In this document: positions 39,140-49,244 of the stretch, piece after piece | Position numbering within the stretch: the stretch's first letter is position 1 | Layout of the letters: every line of letters starts with the position of its first letter | Assembly (NCBI GenBank): GCA_963666835.2 | Contig: CAXXGO010000006.1 | Location: 1,696,001 to 1,760,000 of the forward strand | Reading direction: 5' to 3' | Origin: Phycisphaerae bacterium | GTDB taxonomy: Bacteria; Planctomycetota; Phycisphaerae; UBA1845 | Length of the DNA: 64,000 bases | Notes under the pieces: generated by a model | What the model was told of the DNA's origin: nothing | What the model saw: the letters and a program-made list of their open reading frames with translations, nothing else | Databases searched by the model: none | Program-made: the position numbers and the translations under genes

Positions 39140-40627
39140 ATGCGCATTGCGCCGCAACTTGGTGCGAGTGTTCGGTATCCACCGGTCCGAAACTGTCATG
39201 CGTTGCTTCTCAATCCCTTCTACCCGAAGGACCCGCACGGAAGTTTCGGTAAGCACGTTCTTACGCCGACTCTGGCCCTCACCTCGCTTGCGGCCGTCAC
39301 CCCGGCCAATTGGAGTATCCGTTACTGGGATGAGAACCTCCTGCAAGGGGGGCCGCCGGTACATCCAATGCCGCAAGTCGTCGGGATCACTGTCCACCTG
39401 ACTTTCGCCCGGCGGGCCTACGAGCTCGCCGGTTGGTACCGACGAGGCGGGGCACGAATAGTCCTGGGAGGGCCGCACGTGGCCACATGTCCGCAAGAGG
39501 CGACCCCGCACGGCGATGCCATTGTCATCGGCGAGGGAGTGCAGGTCTGGCCGCAGATTCTACGCGACGTGGAGGCCGGTGTGCTTCGGCAGGTTTACCG
39601 GGGAGATTACCGACAACCGTATCGCGAAGACCCTCCGCCTCGTCGAGAGATTCTGCCGCGCGAGCAGTTTCTGACCACCACCAGCCTCATTGCTACTCGT
39701 GGGTGCAACAACCGGTGCGATTTCTGTTATCTGTCCACTGAGGGGCTCCGCGTTCCGTACCAGCGACGAGATGTTGCCCGGATCGTAGCGGAATTCGCGG
39801 CCGACGGGCAACCGTACGGGGTATTCACGGACAACAACCTGGGCTCCGATCGGGATTACTTGCGGAGTCTGTGCCGAGGCCTGCGCCCGTTGGGCAAGAT
39901 CTGGAGCGCCGCCGTGTCGTTGGACGTGACGGACGATCCGTCCCTGGTGCGTGAGATGGCTTCGGCGGGTTGCACGGGCGTCTTCGTCGGGTTCGAATCA
40001 CTAAATGACGAGAACCTGCGGTCGGCTCACAAACGTTCGCCCGGCGCGAGTGACTATAGTCGCCGCGTGCGAGTCTTCCGCGACTACGGTATCCAGGTGA
40101 ACGGGAGCTTCGTCTTCGGTTTCGACCATGACACGAGCGATGTATTCGCCGAGACCGTGGGGTGGATCGAGCGAAACCGCCTCGAGTGCGCGACGTTCCA
40201 TATCCTCACGCCGTATCCGGGCACGCCGCTGTTTCGCAGGCTGGATGCTGAGGGGCGACTGCTGCACAGGAACTGGGATTTGTACGACACGGCCCACGCT
40301 GTCTTTCGCCCCACGCACATGACCCCCGAGGAACTTGAGGAAGGCTATGGCTGGTGTTATCGCCGGCTGTTCTCTCATGCGTCCATCTGGCGTCGCCGTC
40401 CTGCCGACCGGCGCGCCGTGCTGCCGTATTTGGCGATGAGCTATCTGTACAAGAAGTCGAACCGTTTGTGGCACATCTTGATTCGACATCGGCTCACCGC
40501 GACGGTCTGGCGGCCACTTGTGGAGTGGACTCGTCGCCGTCACCTCCGGTTTCGCCGCCGGTTGGCGGATCCGGCGGTTCCAGCTCCCCGGTCAGTCGCA
40601 GGGAATCCCGTGAGCGCGGGAGTATGA
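39140..40627 (+). CDS. B12-binding radical SAM protein
   Basis: VLGGPH, ATRGCNNRCDFC, VGFES, LTPYPGTPL. Start is uncertain. Confidence 0.92.
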   Translation: MRIAPQLGASVRYPPVRNCHALLLNPFYPKDPHGSFGKHVLTPTLALTSLAAVTPANWSIRYWDENLLQGGPPVHPMPQVVGITVHLTFARRAYELAGWYRRGGARIVLGGPHVATCPQEATPHGDAIVIGEGVQVWPQILRDVEAGVLRQVYRGDYRQPYREDPPPRREILPREQFLTTTSLIATRGCNNRCDFCYLSTEGLRVPYQRRDVARIVAEFAADGQPYGVFTDNNLGSDRDYLRSLCRGLRPLGKIWSAAVSLDVTDDPSLVREMASAGCTGVFVGFESLNDENLRSAHKRSPGASDYSRRVRVFRDYGIQVNGSFVFGFDHDTSDVFAETVGWIERNRLECATFHILTPYPGTPLFRRLDAEGRLLHRNWDLYDTAHAVFRPTHMTPEELEEGYGWCYRRLFSHASIWRRRPADRRAVLPYLAMSYLYKKSNRLWHILIRHRLTATVWRPLVEWTRRRHLRFRRRLADPAVPAPRSVAGNPVSAGV

Positions 40628-40687
40628 CAGTGTTTCCACTCTAGCCCGGATTACTCATGACGTTCGCATGAATGCGCGTGGCTCGCT

Positions 40688-40761
40688 GTAGCGCCACCCC
40701 TAGTGGGTGGCGTCACGGAAACACAGCGTACCTATGCGCCAGGGACAAGCCCTGGCGCTAC
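40688..40761. repeat. Inverted doublet of a third GTAG REP family
   Basis: GTAGCGCCACCCCTAGTGGGTGGCG ... CGCCAGGGACAAGCCCTGGCGCTAC. Confidence 0.8.
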
Positions 40762-40962
40762 ATTAATCCACGGCCTGCACTTTGCTTGGGTGAATAGTCC
40801 GGGCTGCGCCGCTTGAGCATCGTGAGGTTACTTGGATCACGAAACCGCCCTCGCCTCCAGCGCCGTGCCGGCGGGGCCTGTGACCTTGGCCGCTCGGAGA
40901 CGACAGAATACAATCGGCTCCTCGACAACAGCATCGGATATCGAGAGGGAGAGCAGAAACCA

Positions 40963-41442
40963 ATGGATGATCAGCTCGCAGAGCGTATTCAGCCGTTGAA
41001 GGTCATCATCTTGGCGATGGCCGGCGGGATGGTTGCGTTTGCCGTCGTGGCTGCGGTAGTCGCTAATGGCGAGTCCTTCAAGCCCGATGAGAAGGCCGGG
41101 CCGTTGCTGCTCGGAGTCCTCGGTCTATTGGCGGCAGGGGAATCGGTGGCATACGTTGTTCTTCGGCATGTGGTTCTGGCGAAGCTGAAGGCTCAGGAAC
41201 ATGGGGGCTCGTCGGCCGACCCGGCCAGTCGGATAGGCGAGGGCTTCAGCACGTTGACCATCATAGGCGGGGCCATGGCCGAGGGACTGGGCCTTTTCGG
41301 CGTTGTTATCTACTTGATCAGCGGCAACGCCTGGGGATTGGCGGCGGCGGGCGGGGCGCTCTTGGCAGTGCTGGCGCAGTTTCCCACACGCGCGCGGATT
41401 CGGTCCTTTACTTCGGCTGTTAGCGGGCAAATGGAGTTGTGA
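40963..41442 (+). CDS. Hypothetical 4-TM membrane protein
   Basis: Four hydrophobic segments; AMAEG..LFG and FPT motifs. Confidence 0.75.
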   Translation: MDDQLAERIQPLKVIILAMAGGMVAFAVVAAVVANGESFKPDEKAGPLLLGVLGLLAAGESVAYVVLRHVVLAKLKAQEHGGSSADPASRIGEGFSTLTIIGGAMAEGLGLFGVVIYLISGNAWGLAAAGGALLAVLAQFPTRARIRSFTSAVSGQMEL

Positions 41443-41835
41443 CGGCGGAACTTTGTGGCGCTTGGAGGGCGGGGGCGGGTTGCCGGCACCGACAACGCCA
41501 ACTGGGAATACGGGGGCCATGGGTCTGAGGGCCGCACGCACCGTTTGGCCTGCCGACCATTTCTTCTTGCCTAATGTCGGCTGGCTGCGAAGGCCCCGGA
41601 CACCACGTGCGAAACCGTGCAGGCTCTGCAATTGTTCTTGAAATCCGCACCCTGTTCAGTACAATTGACTCTCTCATCTGCGGGCCGGGGTAGATCTCGG
41701 CGCGCGATGGTGGTCGTATCAACTCGGCCTATCACTGTTGATAGTCGCCGGGGAAGCTGGTGCCGTATGCGATCGGGAGGCGCATCCGCGCATTTTGGCA
41801 TGTTCTGACAACACGGTCGGTCGGGGAGGTCGAGA

Positions 41836-43572
41836 ATGGATCGGGAGACTATTAGCGTAGCCTGCGGGTGCGGCGAGAGGCTTGGGTTTCCGGTATCGCG
41901 TGTCGGTAAACCGGCCAATTGTCCGGCGTGTAACCGCGGGATTCTGATCTTGGGAGAGGTGGACGCCGATGCCCGCGTTGCGCACGGGGCTTTGACGATC
42001 GTCAGCGGCCCCGGTGCGGTCGGAGAACAGCTTTGCCTTGTCGGCACGTCGGTTGTGGAGATTGGAAAACTGCCCGGATTGGGGCTGCGACTCAATGGGA
42101 AGCAGGTCTCTCGGAGACACTGCCGTCTCGTTCCTGTTGGTACGAACTGGCGCATCGAGGACAACAACAGCACTAACGGGCTGTTCGTAAACGAAGAGCG
42201 TGTAATCCGACACGATCTGTCGCACGGCGATTTGGTCCGCGTTGGTGATTACGAGCTGAGCTATATCAGTGCGGTTCGCGCCGGGCGGGATTCGGCCGGA
42301 TTAGACGATTCCAGCGCCGATGATGAGGGCGAGATCGAGACCTACGCCTTGGGCGGCAACCTCGGGGATCTGTATGCCCTTGCGGAGGGCGGCGAAGTAA
42401 TCGCAGAGCCCGAGCCATCTCACGACGGTAAGGACGCGTCCGTACCCGAAGAGGACGTGATATGCCCATCCTGCGAGAGGCGGATGAGGCCCGGGACGCA
42501 GATCTGCGTTGATTGCGGGATCGAAATCAAGACCGGCCGGAGCATAATCACCTCGCAACAAACCAATCTGGACGACATCTACGCCGGGGCGGAGGGCGTG
42601 ATTGGCTGGGCGAGTTGGCTGTTTCCGATCGGGCTATATCCGATCGCATCGGAGGCTTTCGGTTTGCGGAAGCCCTATGCTACGCGGGCAATCGCGATCA
42701 TCACCATTTTGGTAAGCGCGTGGTTCCTGGCGTACGAATGGTCCGGCTCTCCGCGGATGCAGACTATGAAGAACCTCATGCTCTGGCCGGCCGAGGGCGA
42801 GCTACCTGCCAGAGAATTAGCCGGCTGGTATGCCTATACCGGATACGGTGACAACGACGCTTTTCTCGAGGCGTGCTACATTCTGGAGGAGCGGGATCCG
42901 GAACTCACCGAAAACGAGATTGTCGTAGCGGCCCATCAGGCCCTTCGACCTGATCAGCAAGTCGTAGGCCGGTATCGCACTTCGCAACTGCTCACCCATG
43001 CATTCTTGCACGGCGGCCCGATGCACTTGATCGCGAATTTGATCTTCCTGCTGGTTTTCGGCTCTCGTGTTAATGCTCTCGTCGGCAACACGATGACCGT
43101 TTTGACCTACCCCGTGTTGGCGGCGATTGCGGGTCTGGCCTACTTGGCTTCAATACAAGGCGAACCGCCCACGCCGATGCTCGGTGCCTCCGGGGCGATC
43201 ATGGGGCTTGCCGGTATGTACTTCGTGTTCTTCCCCATGCACAAGGTACACATGGCCGCCTGGGCGCGGTGGGGGATCTTGGTCGGGTTCCACCTGTCGC
43301 TCAAGATGTGGTCGGTACGGGGGTTCTGGGTGGTACTGTTCTATATAGCGGTTGACATCTTCATGACGGCGCAAGGCGTCGACGACGGCACCGCCCATTG
43401 GGCGCATATCGGCGGTTTCGGAATCGGGGTTGCGGTGGGTCTGATTCTGCTGCTCACCCGTTCGGTGAACGGTCGCGGGGGCGATATTGTCTCGGCGTTG
43501 CTCGGCAAGACTGCTTGGCTGCTCGTGGGTCGCCCGCGCCAGGACGGCGGATTCGTCCAAACGCTTCCGTAG
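41836..43572 (+). CDS. Zn-ribbon + FHA + Zn-ribbon + rhomboid intramembrane serine protease
   Basis: FHA VSRRHC..IEDNNSTNGLFVN; rhomboid HAFLHGGPMHLIAN, GASGA, AHWAHIGG; RBS GGAGG. Confidence 0.9.
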   Translation: MDRETISVACGCGERLGFPVSRVGKPANCPACNRGILILGEVDADARVAHGALTIVSGPGAVGEQLCLVGTSVVEIGKLPGLGLRLNGKQVSRRHCRLVPVGTNWRIEDNNSTNGLFVNEERVIRHDLSHGDLVRVGDYELSYISAVRAGRDSAGLDDSSADDEGEIETYALGGNLGDLYALAEGGEVIAEPEPSHDGKDASVPEEDVICPSCERRMRPGTQICVDCGIEIKTGRSIITSQQTNLDDIYAGAEGVIGWASWLFPIGLYPIASEAFGLRKPYATRAIAIITILVSAWFLAYEWSGSPRMQTMKNLMLWPAEGELPARELAGWYAYTGYGDNDAFLEACYILEERDPELTENEIVVAAHQALRPDQQVVGRYRTSQLLTHAFLHGGPMHLIANLIFLLVFGSRVNALVGNTMTVLTYPVLAAIAGLAYLASIQGEPPTPMLGASGAIMGLAGMYFVFFPMHKVHMAAWARWGILVGFHLSLKMWSVRGFWVVLFYIAVDIFMTAQGVDDGTAHWAHIGGFGIGVAVGLILLLTRSVNGRGGDIVSALLGKTAWLLVGRPRQDGGFVQTLP

Positions 43573-43740
43573 ACGCCGCGGTAAGAAGGTGTACTCGGCC
43601 GCATTTGCCCCGCTTTGACCATCACGGGGGACGCCGTAAACTTGAGCCACGAATGTGTGCGGCCTGTGGTTCTCGCCCGGGGTGAGGATTGAGCCGGCCG
43701 GGATTGGCGCGACCCAACGATTCGGCGGGGAGTTCACACC

Positions 43741-45780
43741 ATGCGTAATACAAGCAACACCGCGGCGGGGCACCAACGATGCCTGCGTGCTCTTTTGACC
43801 GTGCTCGCCTGCCTGGCCGCCATGATGTCCACGGCCGCGATGGCTCAGAGCGAGCCGGATCCGGCGATCCATGAGGACTCTGCACAGAAGGCCACCCACG
43901 ATCCCGTTGAGACCGACCCGGTTGAACGGGTGACGCCAGTGCAAGAGCCGGCCGCTCCCACCGCCGATCAAGCGGCTGCGGCCGGCCCGGACGTCAACAA
44001 ACCCAAGGACCCGAAGGACTATGGGTGGTTGGTCATGGCCCCGGCCATCGTGGCCATTCTTCTTGCAGTGGTCACGCGTCAGGTGGTGCTGGCCCTGGTA
44101 GTCGGCGTAGTGGTGGGGGCCTACATGTTCGTACCCTGCCTTCCGCCGGTCAGCCCGTACGCTGACGCGCATTCCGTAGTCGGCGGGTTTCGTCTCGCGG
44201 CCGAGAAGTACGTCATCGGGGCAATCCATGAACCGCCCGATGAGAACGCCGCCCATATCAAGATCATGATCTTCACCCTGGTGATCGGGTTTATGGTCGG
44301 GGTGATCGGTCGCAACGGGGGCACGGCCGGATTGGTCCGAATCGTGGCCGGGCGAACGGAGTCACCGCGTCGTAGCGGACTGACCGCTTGGGCGGCCGGT
44401 CTGGTGGTGTTCTTTGATGACTACGCTAACACGATGATCGTCGGTCCGACGATGCGGTCGGCGTTCGACCGGGTCAAGCTCTCGCGGGCCAAGCTGGCCT
44501 ACATCGTAGACTCCACGGCTGCCCCGGTAGCGTCGCTTGCTCTGATCGGAACGTGGGTTGGAGCGGAGATAGGTTTCATCCAGCTTGGGCTCGACAAGAT
44601 CAGCGCGAGCGCGACTCCGGAATTCCTCCTGAACGAGCACGGCAGCATGATCGATGGCATGCACGCGTTCATCGCCAGCCTGCCGTATCGGTTTTACCCT
44701 ATTCTGGCGCTCTTTCTGGTATTCGTCATCGCCTGGACCCGGCGCGATTTCGGGCCGATGAAGCGCGCGGAAGCCCAAGCCCAAACCGGCAAAGAGGACC
44801 GCCCTTATGAGTCTGCCGCGACTGATTCCGGTTCGAACGATGCCGACCAGCCGACGCCGCGCTGGTGGCTGGGTTTGCTGCCGGTGTTGGTGCTCGTAGG
44901 AGCGACGATTGCGATATTGGCGATCACCGGATACTCCACCGCCGACGGCGAGTCGGTGATGCAGCAGTCTAAACCCTGGTGGGAGAAGGCTCAGGAGATC
45001 TTGAAGGCGGGCGATTCGTACCTCTCCATCTTCTACGGGGCGATTCTCTCGGCGCTGGTTGCCGTCGTACTGACCGCGATATCGCGATCGTGCCGCGTGC
45101 GTGACGCTGCCGACGCCGGTCTGAACGGTATGGCCCGGATGTTCCCCGCGATTGCCATCCTCATCCTGGCCTGGGCGCTCTCGGCCGTGGAGCAGGATTT
45201 GCAGCTCGGGAAAGTCGTCGGAGGTTATCTTCAGGCCGCCGAATTCCCGGCCGTGTGGATGCCGCTGTCCGTGTTCCTTTGCGCGGCCGTGGTTTCGTTC
45301 GCCACGGGAAGCTCCTGGGGGACGATGGGGATCCTGTGTCCCATCACGGTTACCGTCACGGCTAAGCTCGCCGGCGGGTTGCCGGCCGAGCAGGGGCTGC
45401 CTTTGTTCTATGCGGCCGTGGGGAGCGTATTGGCCGGGGCGATTTTCGGCGACCACTGCTCGCCGATCAGTGACACCACCGTGCTATCTTCTATTGCGGC
45501 CGGGTGCCGGCACGAGAGCCACGTCTGGACGCAGCTCCCGTATGCGTTGGTGACCGCCATTGTTGCCATGGGTCTGGGTGACGTGCTGTGCAGCGTGTAT
45601 CACCAACCGTGGTACTACGGGCTCGTCGCCGGTGCGTTGGTCTTGCTGTTGATTGTTTTCGTTTTCGGCCGCCGCCCCCAACCCGAGCCGGAGCCCGAAC
45701 CGGTGGAGCCGCCGCCCCCGTCCCGGCCACAGGGCCTGGGTATGTGGGCCCGCGCCAACCGCCCGCAAGACCCTCAATAG
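43741..45780 (+). CDS. NhaC-family Na+/H+ antiporter / transporter
   Basis: FFDDYAN, KLAYIVDSTAAP, ATGSSWGTMGI, GDHCSPISDTT. Confidence 0.93.
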   Translation: MRNTSNTAAGHQRCLRALLTVLACLAAMMSTAAMAQSEPDPAIHEDSAQKATHDPVETDPVERVTPVQEPAAPTADQAAAAGPDVNKPKDPKDYGWLVMAPAIVAILLAVVTRQVVLALVVGVVVGAYMFVPCLPPVSPYADAHSVVGGFRLAAEKYVIGAIHEPPDENAAHIKIMIFTLVIGFMVGVIGRNGGTAGLVRIVAGRTESPRRSGLTAWAAGLVVFFDDYANTMIVGPTMRSAFDRVKLSRAKLAYIVDSTAAPVASLALIGTWVGAEIGFIQLGLDKISASATPEFLLNEHGSMIDGMHAFIASLPYRFYPILALFLVFVIAWTRRDFGPMKRAEAQAQTGKEDRPYESAATDSGSNDADQPTPRWWLGLLPVLVLVGATIAILAITGYSTADGESVMQQSKPWWEKAQEILKAGDSYLSIFYGAILSALVAVVLTAISRSCRVRDAADAGLNGMARMFPAIAILILAWALSAVEQDLQLGKVVGGYLQAAEFPAVWMPLSVFLCAAVVSFATGSSWGTMGILCPITVTVTAKLAGGLPAEQGLPLFYAAVGSVLAGAIFGDHCSPISDTTVLSSIAAGCRHESHVWTQLPYALVTAIVAMGLGDVLCSVYHQPWYYGLVAGALVLLLIVFVFGRRPQPEPEPEPVEPPPPSRPQGLGMWARANRPQDPQ

Positions 45781-45868
45781 TGCGGAACGCGTGATTGGAC
45801 CGGCCAGCCCGTCCTGCTGAGGGCGGCGAACGCATCGTCTCCCCGAGGATTGCGGCGGTGAAAGCCGC

Positions 45869-47320
45869 TCACGAAGGAAGGACTATCGAGATGGTAAACG
45901 TGCCGCCGTCGTTTGTGGATACCGAAACCGATCCACCAAGCAACGCAACCAGCTTCTGGCACAATGGCAGGCCCAACCCGTAGCGCTTTTCACCGCGTTC
46001 TGTCGTTCGGGCAGCATCCCCGCGCCAGAATCTGTCGAATACTCGCTCCGCATCGGTATCCGCCACTCGACTTCCCGTGTTCTCAACGCGGAACTCGACT
46101 TGGCCGGCTGTCGAGTGCAGCGCAATCTCAATCCGCCCTCCGGCGTTCGTATAGGTAGTTGCGTTATCGAAGACGTTGCTGAGCACAAGCTGTATCTTCG
46201 CACGATCAGCGGAGACGGGACACGATTCCGGCAGTCGCAACGTTACCTCGATCCGGCGCTCGATGGCACACTCGGCGAACTGCGCCCAGCATTCTCTTAC
46301 CAGTGCGACCAGATCGACGCTTTCCCACGCTACTTCAAGCTGGCTGGCGTCTGCCCGGGCGAGTTCGAGGAGATTCTCGACCAAGCGCTGCATTCGTTGG
46401 CAGATGGCCAAGGCAGTAACCATCGCCTCTCGATACCCGTGTGCGTCACGGTTTCTCGACAGCGCGACCTCGAGCGTGGAGCGCAAGCCGGCCAGCGGGG
46501 TGCGCAGCTCGTGCGCCACATCCGCGGTAAGTCCTTTCTCGCGAGCGAAGGCGGTCTCGATACGGGCAAGCAGGTCGTTAAGGCGAGTGGTGATCGGGAG
46601 AAGTTCGCCCGGAGTGTTGCTGGCCGCCAGACGGTTTGACAGGTTGGTTTCGCCGATCGAAGCGATCTCGACGGCAAGGTCTCCCACCGGCCGAAGCCCC
46701 CGGCGAACGAACCACGATAAGACGCCTACTGCCACTAGTATGGCGCCGATACAACCGCATACCAAGAGAAGCCGGAGACGGCCCAACGTAGTGTCAATCT
46801 CGATCGAATCCCAGCCGACCACCAGCATTACCGTGAATCGTCCGCGGGTGCTGCCCGGCGGAGGGGGGGCGTACCGGTCGGATCCGGTTTCGTGCTCATC
46901 CGCAATCTCCCGGCGCGGAACGAAGGTCATTCCCACGAGGCGCCCGGGCCGACCATCGGGAAGACTCACGCTCCGATACGCCGGTGAGCCGTCCGGACCA
47001 CTCAACTGATCCAGATCATCCCCGTTTAAAGACGCGGATCGCCCGAGGACCTGCTCGGGTCCGGACCAGAACTGGAAGTACTCGGCGCGTTCTGACGGGG
47101 CGAACTCGGTCAGGCCGATCTCTTCAATCTCCAAATCCAGCCTACTGCCCTCCTGCTCCACCAGCGCCGCCAGAGAGCGGGCTTTGGAGCCGAGACTCGC
47201 GTCGAACTCCGCCCAAAGCGCGGCATGTACGACCCCGTACAGTACCAAAGCGGAAACGGAGAAGACCAGCCCGGTCCCCAGGGCGGTGCCGATCACCAAT
47301 CGCGCCCGCAGCGTCTTCAT
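45869..47320 (-). CDS. Sensor histidine kinase (HAMP-HisKA-HATPase)
   Basis: DVAHELRTPL, N-box, VFDRFWRG, GLGL; two TM; overlaps the regulator stop (TGATG). Confidence 0.93.
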   Translation of the reverse strand: MKTLRARLVIGTALGTGLVFSVSALVLYGVVHAALWAEFDASLGSKARSLAALVEQEGSRLDLEIEEIGLTEFAPSERAEYFQFWSGPEQVLGRSASLNGDDLDQLSGPDGSPAYRSVSLPDGRPGRLVGMTFVPRREIADEHETGSDRYAPPPPGSTRGRFTVMLVVGWDSIEIDTTLGRLRLLLVCGCIGAILVAVGVLSWFVRRGLRPVGDLAVEIASIGETNLSNRLAASNTPGELLPITTRLNDLLARIETAFAREKGLTADVAHELRTPLAGLRSTLEVALSRNRDAHGYREAMVTALAICQRMQRLVENLLELARADASQLEVAWESVDLVALVRECWAQFAECAIERRIEVTLRLPESCPVSADRAKIQLVLSNVFDNATTYTNAGGRIEIALHSTAGQVEFRVENTGSRVADTDAERVFDRFWRGDAARTTERGEKRYGLGLPLCQKLVALLGGSVSVSTNDGGTFTISIVLPS

Positions 47321-47994
47321 CAGTCGCATCGCCCCAACATATAGCCGTGTCCCCGCCGGGTATGGATCAGCTTCGGCTGGTCCGGTTGCTCGATCTTCTT
47401 GCGCAAGTGCCCGATGTGGACGTCGACCACGTTGCTCTCCGGATCGGAGTGGAAATCGTAGATGTGCTCCCAAATGGCGGTGCGGGAGACAACCTGGCCG
47501 GCGCGGGAGGCCAGGAACTCCAGGAGGGCGTACTCGCGGGCGGAAAGGGCAATGGATTTATCGCCCCGGCGGACGGTGCGCCCCGTGGTGTCTATCTCCA
47601 GATCTTCGACGCTGATGATGGGGTCTTTGTTGTTGTAACCGCGTCGAACCAAGGCCCGAACCCGGGCGAGGAGCTCCTGGAACGCAAAGGGCTTGACCAG
47701 GTAGTCATCCGCGCCGAGGTTGAGGCCCCTGACCCGGTCTTCGACGGTGTCCCGGGCCGTCAGGATGAGGATGGGTACGGCGCAGCCCTCCTGACGCAGC
47801 CGGCCGAGGATCGTGAGCCCATCGATTCCAGGCAGCATCAAGTCGAGTACAATGACGTCGTTCTCATTCGACCGAGCGTACCACAACCCCTCCTCGCCAT
47901 GGGCCGAAGTGTCGACCGCGAAGCCCGCTTCCTCCAACCCCTGTCGGAGGGCTTCCCGAAGGGGTCTGTCGTCTTCAATAACCAGCACGCGCAT
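47320..47994 (-). CDS. OmpR-family response regulator
   Basis: EDD, DLMLPG, GADDYLVKPF, NVVDVHI, HTRRGHGY. Confidence 0.96.
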   Translation of the reverse strand: MRVLVIEDDRPLREALRQGLEEAGFAVDTSAHGEEGLWYARSNENDVIVLDLMLPGIDGLTILGRLRQEGCAVPILILTARDTVEDRVRGLNLGADDYLVKPFAFQELLARVRALVRRGYNNKDPIISVEDLEIDTTGRTVRRGDKSIALSAREYALLEFLASRAGQVVSRTAIWEHIYDFHSDPESNVVDVHIGHLRKKIEQPDQPKLIHTRRGHGYMLGRCD

Positions 47995-48049
47995 GACAGC
48001 AACACCTCACGATTCTAGTGCCGTCTCCAGAAAGGTCGTTCAAGATCGT

Positions 48050-48131
48050 CCCCTCTTGGCAAGGGGGGATACAGGGGGGTCCATTCGTACGGAGAAGAAC
48101 CTCCCCCAGCCCCTCCTTAGTAAGGAGGGGA
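48050..48131. repeat. Inverted CCCCT..AGGGG hairpin doublet (different short palindromic repeat class)
   Basis: CCCCTCTTGGCAAGGGGG..ACAGGGGGGT ... ACCTCCCCCAG CCCCTCCTTAGTAAGGAGGGG. Confidence 0.6.
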
Positions 48132-48332
48132 GGCAGAAACGCAACTAACTTCTTGGGAACAGCACGAGTATATCATCGCCAGGCACCCGATTGCAGCAAT
48201 TGGCGGGCGGCGGCCCGGACGGACTCCGGGTCCAGGCTACTCAGTCGACTCTGACCTTCCGAGCAAGCCCGATCCGGACAACTTGGTGTCACGATACCCC
48301 GCCGGTTCTGGATCCACGACGACCCATCAGTA

Positions 48333-49055
48333 TTAATCGTTATCGTATCCGTCGTCGTCATCATCCTCATCTGCATCGTCCGGCTCTTCGATTACCCGGC
48401 CGGTCGGAAGGATGACCAGCTCCTTTTCGCGCCCGTCGACTTTCGCTTCGATCTCATACAATACGATCTTCTTCTCTACTACCACGGCCGCCCGCGCACC
48501 GAGGTACTTGGCCACAGCGTCGCGAACGGCTTTCGGGGCCTTATCGAGGGGGATCGTCTCCTCAGTTTCCAGCAATGTCCCGTCTGCGGTCACCGCGGCC
48601 TCGTGCTTGGCGCCGCCTTCGGACCACTCGGCTTCGAAGATCAGGACGCCGTGCTCGTTCTCGCGCTCCGCCTCGAGGATCTTCGCACCCCGGGCGAGCT
48701 TCTGCAGTGCCATTCGAGCGGGAGCCGGGATCTGATCAAACGTGATGTCCTCGTCTTCGTCCTCGTCTTCGATCTCGCGGGCGAGCACCGTCCCGTCGGG
48801 GGCGACTTTGATCTCGGTCTCTCGCCCGTCTTTGAGGAACTCCGCTTCATAGATTGTCTTTCCGTCTTCCGTCTCACGTTCGATCTCGGTGATCTTCACG
48901 CCCTGGGCCTCTTTCAGAATCGTCGCCCTGACGGCAGGTGGCACTTGGTCGAGATTGACGTTCTCCTCACCGGTGTCGCCCGCCCACGCGGCGAACGCCA
49001 TCACGCCAACCATGCCTGACCCGATCATCAACAGCGTTGTCTTGTTTAGCGTCAT
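48333..49055 (-). CDS. Exported PepSY-like repeat protein
   Basis: Three LDQVP.AV..YE(A/I)E..DG repeats; signal peptide; typically found upstream of OmpR/HK pairs. Confidence 0.85.
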   Translation of the reverse strand: MTLNKTTLLMIGSGMVGVMAFAAWAGDTGEENVNLDQVPPAVRATILKEAQGVKITEIERETEDGKTIYEAEFLKDGRETEIKVAPDGTVLAREIEDEDEDEDITFDQIPAPARMALQKLARGAKILEAERENEHGVLIFEAEWSEGGAKHEAAVTADGTLLETEETIPLDKAPKAVRDAVAKYLGARAAVVVEKKIVLYEIEAKVDGREKELVILPTGRVIEEPDDADEDDDDDGYDND

Positions 49056-49244
49056 CACGGTCTCCTTGTAAGCAGTTGTGTTCTCGGCAGCGATACCGGC
49101 CCGCGCCGAACCGGGCTACCAGTACATCACCCACGAGTATAGGAACCTATTATGAACGGACGATGAAGGGGATAGGGTTCGCTTGATGAAAACGGCACTC
49201 GCGCGAGGGCCGGCGGATTCGGAATCTCTCGAGAGCCTGAGGTC

